Positions 50,638 to 59,536 of a DNA stretch of 64,000 nucleotides are shown here, in pieces. Source of the DNA: Candidatus Micrarchaeota archaeon (GTDB lineage: Archaea; Micrarchaeota; Micrarchaeia; Anstonellales; JAGGVH01); the NCBI GenBank assembly GCA_020854835.1, contig JAHKLX010000007.1:36044-100043 (forward strand), read 5' to 3'. The notes beneath the pieces were generated by a model, which saw nothing but the letters and a program-made list of their open reading frames with translations, made no database searches and was not told where the DNA came from. How positions within the stretch are numbered: position 1 is the first letter of the stretch; every line of letters begins with the position of its first letter. Made by a program: the position numbers and the translations under genes.

Positions 50638-51390
50638 CTACCAAACCCCCCGTTGATAGTCTCTCATTATTATTTTTGCAGCTTCATCAATATTGTATTC
50701 TCCACCTTTGAGTTTTAGATTTCTTTTTTTGGCAACATGCTCAAGAAGATCCTCAACAATTAATTCTATATCAGATTCTTTGGTTTTGAAACTGTAATAT
50801 TCCAATCTTGATATTTCATCTTTTTTTAATAATCTCTTGATTATTTTAACAATAACCGGAACTGCGTCTGCGATCTGTTCTGGGGAAATCGCCCCTTTAA
50901 TTGCTAAAGAAGTTAATGAATCTTTATCAAATACGCCAGGGGTATCAACCAAAAGAATCTCTTCACTGAGGCGTATAAACTGCTGTCCCCTCGTGGTGTT
51001 GGCAATAGGAGATACTCTTGCTTTCTTAGATCCTGAAAGATAGTTAATTAAGGAGGACTTTCCAACATCAGGATACCCAACTATGGCAACATAAATTCTT
51101 TTGTTCCTCACACGGCTTTGCAATAATTCTAAAAGCTCTTCTTTTCCGAACCTTTTTTTAGATGAAACAGTAATTATGCCTGAATTTCTCAGTATTTTTT
51201 GCTGTTCTTCAGAAATTAAATCGCTTTTGGTTGCAACAGTTATCAAATATCTCCTCATTTTTTTTGTTAGATTTATTAATTGGGGTAAACGAGTTTCATC
51301 AGGCATTCTGCTATCAACCAACATAATTACTACATCGCATGTTTTCATAACTTTTTTAACTCTTTTTTCGAAACGTTGCATTTTAATCAC
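50638..51390 (-). CDS. Circularly permuted ribosome-biogenesis GTPase (YlqF/RbgA family)
   Basis: TKSD (G4) precedes GYPDVGKS (G1) and DTPG (G3). Confidence 0.9.
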   Translation of the reverse strand: MIKMQRFEKRVKKVMKTCDVVIMLVDSRMPDETRLPQLINLTKKMRRYLITVATKSDLISEEQQKILRNSGIITVSSKKRFGKEELLELLQSRVRNKRIYVAIVGYPDVGKSSLINYLSGSKKARVSPIANTTRGQQFIRLSEEILLVDTPGVFDKDSLTSLAIKGAISPEQIADAVPVIVKIIKRLLKKDEISRLEYYSFKTKESDIELIVEDLLEHVAKKRNLKLKGGEYNIDEAAKIIMRDYQRGVW

Positions 51391-52249
51391 TCTTGAGTAT
51401 TGAATCTTCAGTTTCCTTTAAAATATCCATAGCAACTTCATAAGAATCAGAATTTTTTAGTTTTTGAATTATATTGTTTAGTTGAGGAATAAATGCATCT
51501 TGGTTTTTTTGATAAATAAAAGGCATTAATTTTTTTAATTTCCATATAACATTCTTTTTTTCTGTATCGCTTAAAGAAGGCATGGACTCTGAAACTTCCA
51601 TACTTATAGACAACAATATATTGTTGAAAAGATCTGTTTTTTTCTTCTCGTTCGCAGCATTAACTAAAGACTTGCATACGGTTTTAAATTCGTATATATT
51701 TTTTGAATTGAAAACTCTTTTTAAACTATTTTTAACTAATCTTTCATATTGTTTATCAGAAACAGTGCATTCGGTCAATGGTTCTAAAAGCAAAGAATTT
51801 GTTTGGTTAACAAATTCAGTTTCTCCGATTGAAATAATCAAAGGGTGTTTTTTGTCCATTCTTAGAAGTAGTCTTTGGAGAATCAAATTTCCTAATTTTA
51901 ATTTTTTTTTCAGGTCATGCTGCATATTGTTTTGCAGATGATTTGGCAAATCTGGAGAATCAATTGGATTAAAAAATTGAACATCATCTATCTGGTATAA
52001 ATACTCAATTTTGATAAGAAGTCCTTTTATTTCAAATTTTATATTATAACCTTTATCTTGTAATTCTCTGAGTGCAGGTTCCATATACTTTACAGCTTCT
52101 TTTAAATCATAATTTGTATTGTAGGTTATCAAAACAAATGCTTTTTTTGAATCGAGAAAATCTATAACTTTTCTTTTTTCATCTTTCCCCACTTTAAACT
52201 TGGTGAGAATTTTTTCAACTTCAGTTTTTTGAGTATCGCCCAATTTCAT
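51383..52249 (-). CDS. Hypothetical protein
   Basis: 288-aa ORF overlapping the GTPase start. Confidence 0.65.
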   Translation of the reverse strand: MKLGDTQKTEVEKILTKFKVGKDEKRKVIDFLDSKKAFVLITYNTNYDLKEAVKYMEPALRELQDKGYNIKFEIKGLLIKIEYLYQIDDVQFFNPIDSPDLPNHLQNNMQHDLKKKLKLGNLILQRLLLRMDKKHPLIISIGETEFVNQTNSLLLEPLTECTVSDKQYERLVKNSLKRVFNSKNIYEFKTVCKSLVNAANEKKKTDLFNNILLSISMEVSESMPSLSDTEKKNVIWKLKKLMPFIYQKNQDAFIPQLNNIIQKLKNSDSYEVAMDILKETEDSILKSD

Positions 52250-52301
52250 AACACATCAATCTCAAGAAAGATTTATAAAAGTAAAAGGTCTCTAGAAGAA
52301 C

Positions 52302-52649
52302 ATGATATTGGAGTTGGGAGATGTTGAAAATATAATATACTACGGATTCATATTATTAAATTTACTTTATGGTTTGTATTTGGTTTATTGGTTTATAAAA
52401 AGAATGAATGCAAATGATAAAATCTCTCTCAATTATTCGTATTATTTATTTGCTTTAACAATGGTTTTGGTTGTTTTTATACCAGTTCTTGAACTATTCC
52501 AGGCTTTACCTGGATGGCCATGGCACATCATTAAAATGATAAGTTTGTTTTTGTTTTTGATCAGTCTGAAATTTGTAATGGGGCAGGTGGATTCCACTAT
52601 AACTGCTTATGAACATCTAAAAAAACCAAAATATAAAAGAGAAGGTTAG
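52302..52649 (+). CDS. Small membrane protein (3 TM)
   Basis: Three hydrophobic segments. Confidence 0.65.
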   Translation: MILELGDVENIIYYGFILLNLLYGLYLVYWFIKRMNANDKISLNYSYYLFALTMVLVVFIPVLELFQALPGWPWHIIKMISLFLFLISLKFVMGQVDSTITAYEHLKKPKYKREG

Positions 52650-52674
52650 ATCTTAATTAAAAAGGGGAATTGGA

Positions 52675-53220
52675 ATGGAAATTATTTATTTGGTTACCTC
52701 TAATAAAAATAAAGTTAATGAGGTTAAAAAAATATTTGATAGAAAAATAGAAACTGCAGATCTGGAAATTAGGGAAATTCAATCACTTGAGGTTGAGGAA
52801 GTTGTTAAAGAAAAGGCCAAACAAGCTTTTGAAATTTTAAAAAAAACAGTAATAACTGAAGACACCGGATTATATTTAGATGAATTGAATGGTTTTCCAG
52901 GTGCATTGATTAAATGGGTTTTGCAAACTAGCGGAAGACAGGGAATTTGCAACCTTATTAAAGATAATAGAACAGCTGTGGCAAAATGTAGCATATGTTT
53001 TTATGATGGCAAAGAAATGAAAGTTTTCACAGGAAAAGTAAAAGGTAAAATAACTGAAAAACCAAGAGGAGAAAGCAGCTTTGGCTGGGATCCTGTTTTT
53101 CAACCTGAAGGATATGATAAAACGTTTGCTGAAATGAGCATGGAAGAAAAAAACAAGATATCTCATAGGAAAAAAGCATTGGAAAAATTAAAGATATATC
53201 TAAAAAGAAATGATTTTTGA
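52675..53220 (+). CDS. rdgB: Non-canonical purine NTP pyrophosphatase (HAM1/ITPase)
   Basis: TSNKNK, EDTGL, GFPG, FGWDPVF, KISHR. Confidence 0.95.
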   Translation: MEIIYLVTSNKNKVNEVKKIFDRKIETADLEIREIQSLEVEEVVKEKAKQAFEILKKTVITEDTGLYLDELNGFPGALIKWVLQTSGRQGICNLIKDNRTAVAKCSICFYDGKEMKVFTGKVKGKITEKPRGESSFGWDPVFQPEGYDKTFAEMSMEEKNKISHRKKALEKLKIYLKRNDF

Positions 53221-53230
53221 TAAATAGGAA

Positions 53231-53347
53231 TGTTAGCAGCAGTACGTCTTCCCGCCTAAGAAGGCAGTACAAACAATACCGTGCACGAGCTTAACTTCCG
53301 TGTTCGAGAAGGGAACGGGTGTTTCCTCGCGCCTATGGCCGCTAACA
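53231..53347 (-). rRNA. rrf: 5S rRNA (unlinked from 16S/23S)
   Basis: Reverse complement TGTTAGCGGCCATAG...CACCCGTTCCCTTCTCGAACACGGAAGTTAAG...GCTGCTAACA, 117 nt with paired ends. Confidence 0.95.
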
Positions 53348-53402
53348 AAGAATATTAAAGATTAGAAATGTTTAAAAACATATCTTTACCAAACAAATTA
53401 AG

Positions 53403-53507
53403 TTGAATATAGGGCTTCCGCATGGAAGTGTGGTTTTATAGTTCTCATGACCACACAGCTGGAAACAGCAGCAAAGAGGACGCTTATTGCAAAGATCCTA
53501 TATACAA
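53403..53507 (+). ncRNA. Candidate structured non-coding RNA of unknown class
   Basis: Closing stem 53403-53414/53496-53507; hairpins CTTCC/GGAAG, GTGTGGT/ACCACAC, GCTG-GAAA-CAGC; GC-richer than flanks. Confidence 0.55.
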
Positions 53508-53520
53508 TATATTAATCTGC

Positions 53521-53667
53521 GCCGGGGTGGCGGAATCTGGTAACGCGCACGCCTGGAAATTTTTGTGTTGAACACAAATTAAAAACAGGCAGCGTGTGCT
53601 CGAAAGGGCTTAAGGGTTCAAAACATTTTCTTTTAAATGGGAAAATGGGAGTATCCCTTCCCCGGCG
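53521..53667 (+). tRNA. tRNA-Ser(GGA) with two introns (37/38: 53559-53590; T-loop 59/60: 53623-53653)
   Basis: GCCGGGG/CCCCGGC acceptor, CACGC CT GGA A|..|A GCGTG, long variable arm; removing both introns gives an 84-nt tRNA with TTCAAAT loop. Confidence 0.92.
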
Positions 53668-53691
53668 TTTAAATACTGAGGTGAAAATAAT

Positions 53692-54309
53692 ATGGCAAAA
53701 GCTAAAAAAGGTGGAAAGCAAGCAGCAAGCAAAAAGAAAAAAGGTACAAGCAAACCTAAAAAGAAAACTGAGAAAAAAGAAAAAAAAGATAGACAACCTA
53801 AAGTTAAAGAAATAAGAAAAATTACAACTGAAGAAGCCAAAGGTATTATTCGTGTATGTGGGAAAGAAGTTAATGGTGTACATCCGATATGCAGAGCGTT
53901 AACAGATATTGAAGGTATCGGAGAACAATATGCAAGTGCAATATCATATGCAATTGAAAAGGAAATGGGTGTTGATCCATGGACAAAACCTTTGGGAGAA
54001 TTGGACGAAGCAGATATTGAAAGAGTTGAAGAAATTGTTAATAATCCCTTAAAATATAATGTTCCCGAATGGATGATTAATAGAAGACGCGATGTTGAAA
54101 CAAACCAAAACAAACATCTTGTTGGAAATGAATTGAGATACAGTATTAGAAGTGATATTGAAAGAGAAAGATCCTCAAGAAGCTGGGTTGGTTTCAGACA
54201 TTCCTATGGAAAAAGGAAAGTTAGGGGGCAAAAAACCAGATCTAGAGGTAGACGCGGAGGCGTAGTCGGTGTCGTAAAAAAGAAAGGCGATAAAGGCGGA
54301 AAGAAATAG
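53692..54309 (+). CDS. rps13: 30S ribosomal protein S13
   Basis: ALTDIEGIG, PEWMINRRRD, RKVRGQKTRS. Confidence 0.96.
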   Translation: MAKAKKGGKQAASKKKKGTSKPKKKTEKKEKKDRQPKVKEIRKITTEEAKGIIRVCGKEVNGVHPICRALTDIEGIGEQYASAISYAIEKEMGVDPWTKPLGELDEADIERVEEIVNNPLKYNVPEWMINRRRDVETNQNKHLVGNELRYSIRSDIERERSSRSWVGFRHSYGKRKVRGQKTRSRGRRGGVVGVVKKKGDKGGKK

Positions 54310-54319
54310 GTGATTTATT

Positions 54320-54904
54320 ATGGGTGATCCAAGAAAATTGAAAAAAAGATATGAAAGGCCAAAAATGCTTTGGGACAAATCCAGAATAGATGAAGAAAAA
54401 GGTTTAATCAATGAATACGGTCTTAAAAATATGAGGGAATTATGGAAAGCAAATACTCAGCTTAGAAAAATTAGAAGACAGGTTCGAGGATTCCTTGTTC
54501 TTGGCGAAGGAGCACAAGAACATGCATCTGAACTAATGAAAAGGTTGAAAAAACTTGGAATTATTAAAGAAGATGCAACGATTGATGACGTTCTGGGTTT
54601 GGATGTTAAGGATATGTTAGATAGAAGATTGCAAACGATAGTATACAAAAAAGGAATGGCGATGACAATGAAACAATCCAGACAGTTAATAACTCATGGA
54701 TTCATTAAAATTAATGGCAGCATTGTTAAATCCCCAGGATACATGATCGGGATTAAAGAAGAAGTTGACATTAACTACACCAAACCTATAAATATAAAGG
54801 CAGGAATTAAAACTAAAGATATTCCTGAAGAATTGAAACAGCCTGAAACCAAAGTTGTTGGAGAAGCTGAAAAAATAGAGGAGGGTGATGAAAATGAAGA
54901 GTAA
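54320..54904 (+). CDS. rps4: 30S ribosomal protein S4
   Basis: [30 protein letters not shown]. Confidence 0.96.
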   Translation: MGDPRKLKKRYERPKMLWDKSRIDEEKGLINEYGLKNMRELWKANTQLRKIRRQVRGFLVLGEGAQEHASELMKRLKKLGIIKEDATIDDVLGLDVKDMLDRRLQTIVYKKGMAMTMKQSRQLITHGFIKINGSIVKSPGYMIGIKEEVDINYTKPINIKAGIKTKDIPEELKQPETKVVGEAEKIEEGDENEE

Positions 54905-55280
54905 TGTGGCTATTTTGAATGTTTATTCTTCTAAAAATAATACAAAAATAATCGCAACAGACATTACAGGTGCTGAAACACTTGCAAAAGCAACAGGTGG
55001 AATGATTGTTAAATCTGCCAGAGAAGAAGGAAAACCTTATGCAGCAATGCAAGCAGCTTTACAAATTGCAGATGCACTGAAGTTAAAAGGCTTTGACAAA
55101 GTTATTGTGAAAATACGCGCTCCGGGAGGGCATAAAGCCAAAAGTCCTGGATCTGGAGCCCAAGCAGCAATAAGACAGCTTGCAAGATCTGGCATTAAGA
55201 TTCAAAGAATTGAAGATGTAACTCCAATCCCGACAGACACTACAAGAAGACCTGGTGGAAGAAGAGGAAGGAGGGTGTAA
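54885..55280 (+). CDS. rps11: 30S ribosomal protein S11
   Basis: [26 protein letters not shown]; true start may be 54894. Confidence 0.96.
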   Translation: MMKMKSNVAILNVYSSKNNTKIIATDITGAETLAKATGGMIVKSAREEGKPYAAMQAALQIADALKLKGFDKVIVKIRAPGGHKAKSPGSGAQAAIRQLARSGIKIQRIEDVTPIPTDTTRRPGGRRGRRV

Positions 55281-55282
55281 TC

Positions 55283-55864
55283 ATGGAAACTAAAATCATT
55301 AAAGATGATGAAGAATTTTTTGTTTTCAAATTAAACAAAGGAGAAGTTTGGTTAACAAATCTATTGCGAAGACATATACTGGGACAAGTATCTGCTTTGG
55401 CAATCGATAAAGTAACTTTTTATGAAAACAACTCCTATATGTTTGATGAATATCTTGCCCACAGGATAGGTATGGTGCCAATATTAACTCCAAAAGATGT
55501 TAAACCAAGTGAAGAAATATTTTTCACTTTGGATGTTCAAGGCCCTGGAGAAGCAGTTTCAGGAGATCTTAAATCAAAATCAAAAGATATTAAAACTGTT
55601 TATGACAACATGCCATTAATCCAACTAAGAGAAAAACAATCTATAAGATTGGAATGTGTTGCTAAAATGGGAATACCAAAAATACATCAAAAATTCCAGG
55701 CAGGGTTGGTATCATATGATTACAGCAACTCTTCATCAATATTGTTCACAGTTGAATCATATAAAAATTATCCAATGGCGCATGATATTGTGAAAAACGC
55801 ATCAGAGAATATTAAAACTAAAATTGAATATTATTTGAGTGAATTAGATAAAATAGAGGTGTAG
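55283..55864 (+). CDS. rpoD: RNA polymerase subunit Rpo3 (D)
   Basis: NLLRR, AIDKV.FYEN, DEYLAHRIGMVP, H.KFQ. Confidence 0.93.
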   Translation: METKIIKDDEEFFVFKLNKGEVWLTNLLRRHILGQVSALAIDKVTFYENNSYMFDEYLAHRIGMVPILTPKDVKPSEEIFFTLDVQGPGEAVSGDLKSKSKDIKTVYDNMPLIQLREKQSIRLECVAKMGIPKIHQKFQAGLVSYDYSNSSSILFTVESYKNYPMAHDIVKNASENIKTKIEYYLSELDKIEV

Positions 55865-55867
55865 AAT

Positions 55868-56230
55868 ATGAAAAGATCATTTGAAAACCCCAATATGTTG
55901 GAAACTTTGAATCGTTTAAGGAAAAATAAAAAACCATTATGGAAAAGAGTTAGAGAAATTTTGGCTTCTCCAACGAGAAAAAGAATTTCAATTAATGTAA
56001 GCAGGCTCAGCAAACTTTCAAAAAAACACAAAGATGTTGTTTTTGTAGTGCCTGGAAAAATACTTGGTTCTGGCGCAATAAAAAACAAATTCGATGTTTT
56101 GAGTTTTTCAGTTTCAGATTCTGCAGTTCAAAAAATGAAACAAGCAGGATGCAAACATTATGATTTAAAAGAAAGTGTTGACCAGAAAGGACAAATTAGT
56201 GTCAAAGGAAATTTTATGATTTTGAGGTGA
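55868..56230 (+). CDS. rpl18e: 50S ribosomal protein L18e
   Basis: W.RV...L..PTR....INVSRL, VVPGKILGSG. Confidence 0.93.
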   Translation: MKRSFENPNMLETLNRLRKNKKPLWKRVREILASPTRKRISINVSRLSKLSKKHKDVVFVVPGKILGSGAIKNKFDVLSFSVSDSAVQKMKQAGCKHYDLKESVDQKGQISVKGNFMILR

Positions 56231-56235
56231 TATAT

Positions 56236-56670
56236 ATGAAAATATACAACGGCGAAGGATATATACTTGGAAGATTTGCCTCAATCGTGGCAAAGGAATT
56301 GCTTAAAGGAGAAAAAGTTATTGTCTATAATTCTGAAAAATTATTTATAACTGGAACAAAAAGCAACATACTGGAAAAATATGTAAAAAGAAGAGCAGTG
56401 AAATCTCATCAAAACCCCGAACACTCTCCAAAATGGCCCAGAAGACCAGACCTTTTAGTTAAAAGAATCATAAGAGGTATGCTTCCTTGGAGCAAACCTA
56501 GAGGAAGACTGGTTTTTAAAAACTTGAAAGTATATATGGGAAAACCTGAATTAGTAGATAAATTTGCTGATAAAGAAATAACACTTGAAAAAGCACAAAT
56601 AAAAGAAGGCCAAAACGGCATAACTATAGAAAAACTTTGTAGCTCATTGGGGTACCATATTAAAGGGTGA
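56236..56670 (+). CDS. rpl13: 50S ribosomal protein L13
   Basis: ILGRFAS.VAK.LL, PRRPD...KRIIRGMLP. Confidence 0.95.
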   Translation: MKIYNGEGYILGRFASIVAKELLKGEKVIVYNSEKLFITGTKSNILEKYVKRRAVKSHQNPEHSPKWPRRPDLLVKRIIRGMLPWSKPRGRLVFKNLKVYMGKPELVDKFADKEITLEKAQIKEGQNGITIEKLCSSLGYHIKG

Positions 56671-56675
56671 TTTTT

Positions 56676-57299
56676 ATGACAGAAAAAGACGATAAAAAAA
56701 TTGAAGATAAAAAAACTGAGGTTGAAAAAGAAGACAAAAAACCTAAAACAGAGAAAAAAGAAAGTCCTAAAAAAGTTAAAGACGACACTAAAAACGAACA
56801 AAAAAAAGAAGTTAAAAAAGCAAAAAAACCAAAAAAAGAAGCTTCGGAAAAACCTAAAACAACTTCTCCTAAGAAAAAACGTTCTGCCCCTAAAAGCAAG
56901 AAAAAAGTTGCTATGCAGAGAGGAAAACGTAAAAAAGCAATTGCAAGAGCAGTTGTCAAAGAAGGAAAAGGCAATTTTAGAATAAACAAATCAAATATTG
57001 AAACCATAACAAACACATATTTGAAAGAAATAATGTATGAACCCCTTAAAATAGTTCCAGATATAGCATCAAAAGTAGATATATCTGTAAGTGTCAAGGG
57101 AGGAGGGCCTGTGGGGCAAGCACAGGCAGTTCGTTCATCAGTTGCTAGGGCAATATATGAATACACAGGAGATGAATCAATAAAAAATATGTTTATTGAA
57201 AGAGACAGATTTATGTTTGTTGAAGACTCACGAAGAATTGAACCTAAAAAATGTATGGGTCCGAAAGCAAGGGCAAGAAAACAAAAATCATACAGGTGA
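56676..57299 (+). CDS. rps9: 30S ribosomal protein S9 with Lys/Glu-rich N-terminal extension
   Basis: GKRKKAIARA, GGGPVGQAQA, ARARKQKSYR. Confidence 0.95.
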   Translation: MTEKDDKKIEDKKTEVEKEDKKPKTEKKESPKKVKDDTKNEQKKEVKKAKKPKKEASEKPKTTSPKKKRSAPKSKKKVAMQRGKRKKAIARAVVKEGKGNFRINKSNIETITNTYLKEIMYEPLKIVPDIASKVDISVSVKGGGPVGQAQAVRSSVARAIYEYTGDESIKNMFIERDRFMFVEDSRRIEPKKCMGPKARARKQKSYR

Positions 57300-57304
57300 T
57301 TGGA

Positions 57305-57502
57305 ATGGAATTTCCTATTAGATGTTTTACATGTGGTCGTCCCATTGCACAGGATTATCATGAATATGAAAAAATGCTTAAAGAAGGTAAAACTCAAAAA
57401 GAAGCGCTTGATGCACTTGGAGTTAAAAGATACTGCTGTAGGAGAATGTTTATTTCATATGTTGATCTAACAGAATTAGTATCAAAATACAAACGCACTT
57501 GA
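57305..57502 (+). CDS. rpoN: RNA polymerase subunit Rpo10 (N)
   Basis: PIRCFTCG...RYCCRRM; ATG after AGGTGA. Confidence 0.95.
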   Translation: MEFPIRCFTCGRPIAQDYHEYEKMLKEGKTQKEALDALGVKRYCCRRMFISYVDLTELVSKYKRT

Positions 57503-57506
57503 GTAT

Positions 57507-57602
57507 GGGGCCGTAGTGTAACCTGGTCATCATGCCAGCTTGGGGATGTTTTTTAAAAACAACAAAATGCTGGTGATTTGGGTTCAAATCCCAGCGGCCC
57601 CA
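57507..57602 (+). tRNA. tRNA-Pro(GGG) with 22-nt intron at 37/38 (57546-57567)
   Basis: GGGGCCG/CGGCCCC acceptor, CCAGC TT GGG G|intron|T GCTGG, GGTTCAAATCC. Confidence 0.93.
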
Positions 57603-57648
57603 TATTTACGGGGTCAAGTATTTGGCCACTCGAACATGAGGTGAAAAC

Positions 57649-58443
57649 ATGACAGAAAAAGAAATTGAAGAAACCGACAACGCTGGAAATGAAACAAAAT
57701 CAAACCTGCTTCTCCCTCAGGAGAAATATCTTGAAGCAGGATGCCATATAGGAACAAAATTTAAAAATGGCAGTATGAAAGAATTCATTTACAGAAGAAG
57801 AAGAGATAGATTATTTGTTATGGATATATCTAAAATTGATGAACAGCTTAGAAAAGCTGCAGAAAAACTTGCAGAATATGAACCTAAAGATATTGTTGTT
57901 ACTGCAGTTAGGGCATATGCAAACGCAGCATCTTCCAAAATGAGTTTGATTTTGGGAACGAAAGTTATTTCAAAAAGATTTATCCCTGGAAGTTTCACAA
58001 ATACTCAGATCAAGTATTTTGTAGAACCGGAAATTCTTTTAGTTTGCGATCCAAAAGCCGAAGCCGAAGCTATTCGCGAAGCAAATATAATGAAGGTACC
58101 TGTAATTTCATTGGCAGACACTGAGAACGATACCAAAGGTATTGATGTTGTTATTCCTTGCAATAATAAAGGAAAAAGATCGCTTGCTCTTGTATTCTAC
58201 ATATTAACAAGAGAATATATGATGAAAAAAGGTATGATTAAAACATATTCTGACTTTAAATACAAACCAAGAGATTTTGAGGATTTAGATGCAGTTTCAG
58301 AATATGAACAATTTGTACAGGATGAAGAAACTGTTGAAACCCCTCCCGAAGAGGAAAAAAAGGTTGAAGAACCAGAACAAAAACCTGAAGCTCCTAAAGA
58401 GGAAAAAATAGTTAAAAAACGACAAACCAAAAAAAGAGATTAA
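57649..58443 (+). CDS. rps2: 30S ribosomal protein S2
   Basis: YLEAGCHIGTK, RFIPGSFTN, IPCNNKG. Confidence 0.96.
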   Translation: MTEKEIEETDNAGNETKSNLLLPQEKYLEAGCHIGTKFKNGSMKEFIYRRRRDRLFVMDISKIDEQLRKAAEKLAEYEPKDIVVTAVRAYANAASSKMSLILGTKVISKRFIPGSFTNTQIKYFVEPEILLVCDPKAEAEAIREANIMKVPVISLADTENDTKGIDVVIPCNNKGKRSLALVFYILTREYMMKKGMIKTYSDFKYKPRDFEDLDAVSEYEQFVQDEETVETPPEEEKKVEEPEQKPEAPKEEKIVKKRQTKKRD

Positions 58444-59531
58444 CCAAACATCTCTTTATTTTTCTTTTTCTCCCCTATTTTGTATTTGTTAGTACTGATT
58501 ACTGCCAATTTTCTTTTGTATGCTATTTCCATTAAAGGGTCAAGAGAAATTGCATGTTCATAAAGTTTTAGGGCTTCGTCAAATTTGTGCATATGTGATA
58601 AAATATCTCCTTTTCTAATGTGATAATGAGGATTTAAAGGATTGTGTTTTATTGCATTATCAATTTGCTTTAACGCATCCTTTGTTTTTCTAAGAATTAG
58701 CAAATACATGGATAAATCATAATAATAGTTTGGTTGTTTATTTAGTTTGATTGCTTGCTCACACAATTTAACTGCTTCATCAGGTTTTTGTATTGAATTT
58801 GCGAACTTGGCTTTTATCCATAAAAAACCTGCTTTTTCTTTGTCGGAATCAGAAAGTTGAATTGCTTTTGTTATTGTTTTGTATCCCTCTTCATAATTTT
58901 CAAGCTCCCAATAACATCTTGTTAAATAGTCGTAAAGCTCTGTGGATTCCTTGAATTTTTGAGCTTCTTTTAATATATCCAATGCACTTCTTGGTTCTTT
59001 GTTTTTTAGATGTTTTGATGCCGAATCCAAAAGAAATTTCAAAGGATCGATGACATCAGAGATAACCTCCGCAATTGACTTTCTTTTTTTAATCAATTGG
59101 GGGTGGCCAGGCATAATTTTTAAACCCTCCTCCACAACGTCCATTGCTTTTTTATAATCTCCCATAGCAATATGTATATTTGCCAAAACATCAAAAAGTT
59201 TTACATCGTTCGGAGATATTTTTTTTGCAGTTTCAACTGCTTCAATTGCTTCTTGGAATCTTTTTAAACGCACTAAAGCGAATGCTTTATTCGAATAAAA
59301 AAAGTGGGGAGTTGGTTTGTTGAATTTTTTGGATTCTTCAATAGCGGAACTATACATTTTTTCAGCAACTTCAGGGTTGTTTAAATTCATATAAACAATT
59401 CCTTTCATATTGTATATTTCAGGATCGTTTAAACCACATTCGTTCAAGAATTTTAAAGCTTCTTTAAATTCTTTTTTATCAAGATACGTATTAATCTGTT
59501 TCAAAACTTCTTTAACATCCATAAAACTCAC
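58440..59531 (-). CDS. Tetratricopeptide-repeat protein
   Basis: Multiple 34-aa TPR-like units (e.g. YHIRKGDILSHMHKFDEALKLYEHAISLDP). Confidence 0.9.
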   Translation of the reverse strand: MSFMDVKEVLKQINTYLDKKEFKEALKFLNECGLNDPEIYNMKGIVYMNLNNPEVAEKMYSSAIEESKKFNKPTPHFFYSNKAFALVRLKRFQEAIEAVETAKKISPNDVKLFDVLANIHIAMGDYKKAMDVVEEGLKIMPGHPQLIKKRKSIAEVISDVIDPLKFLLDSASKHLKNKEPRSALDILKEAQKFKESTELYDYLTRCYWELENYEEGYKTITKAIQLSDSDKEKAGFLWIKAKFANSIQKPDEAVKLCEQAIKLNKQPNYYYDLSMYLLILRKTKDALKQIDNAIKHNPLNPHYHIRKGDILSHMHKFDEALKLYEHAISLDPLMEIAYKRKLAVISTNKYKIGEKKKNKEMFG

Positions 59532-59536
59532 CCAAA

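Noticed and set aside
53403-53507. Hammerhead ribozyme, RNase P RNA or C/D box sRNA
   Set aside because: CUCAUGA is not the CUGAUGA core; too short and lacks GAGGAAAGUCC and the bulged P4 of RNase P; no RUGAUGA/CUGA boxes
53512-54113. ORFs at 53512-53883, 53594-53815 and 53610-54113
   Set aside because: Shadows of tRNA-Ser and the Lys-rich rps13 sequence
56409-57397. Long antisense ORFs (130 and 245 aa)
   Set aside because: Phe-rich mirror frames of A-rich rpl13/rps9 codons
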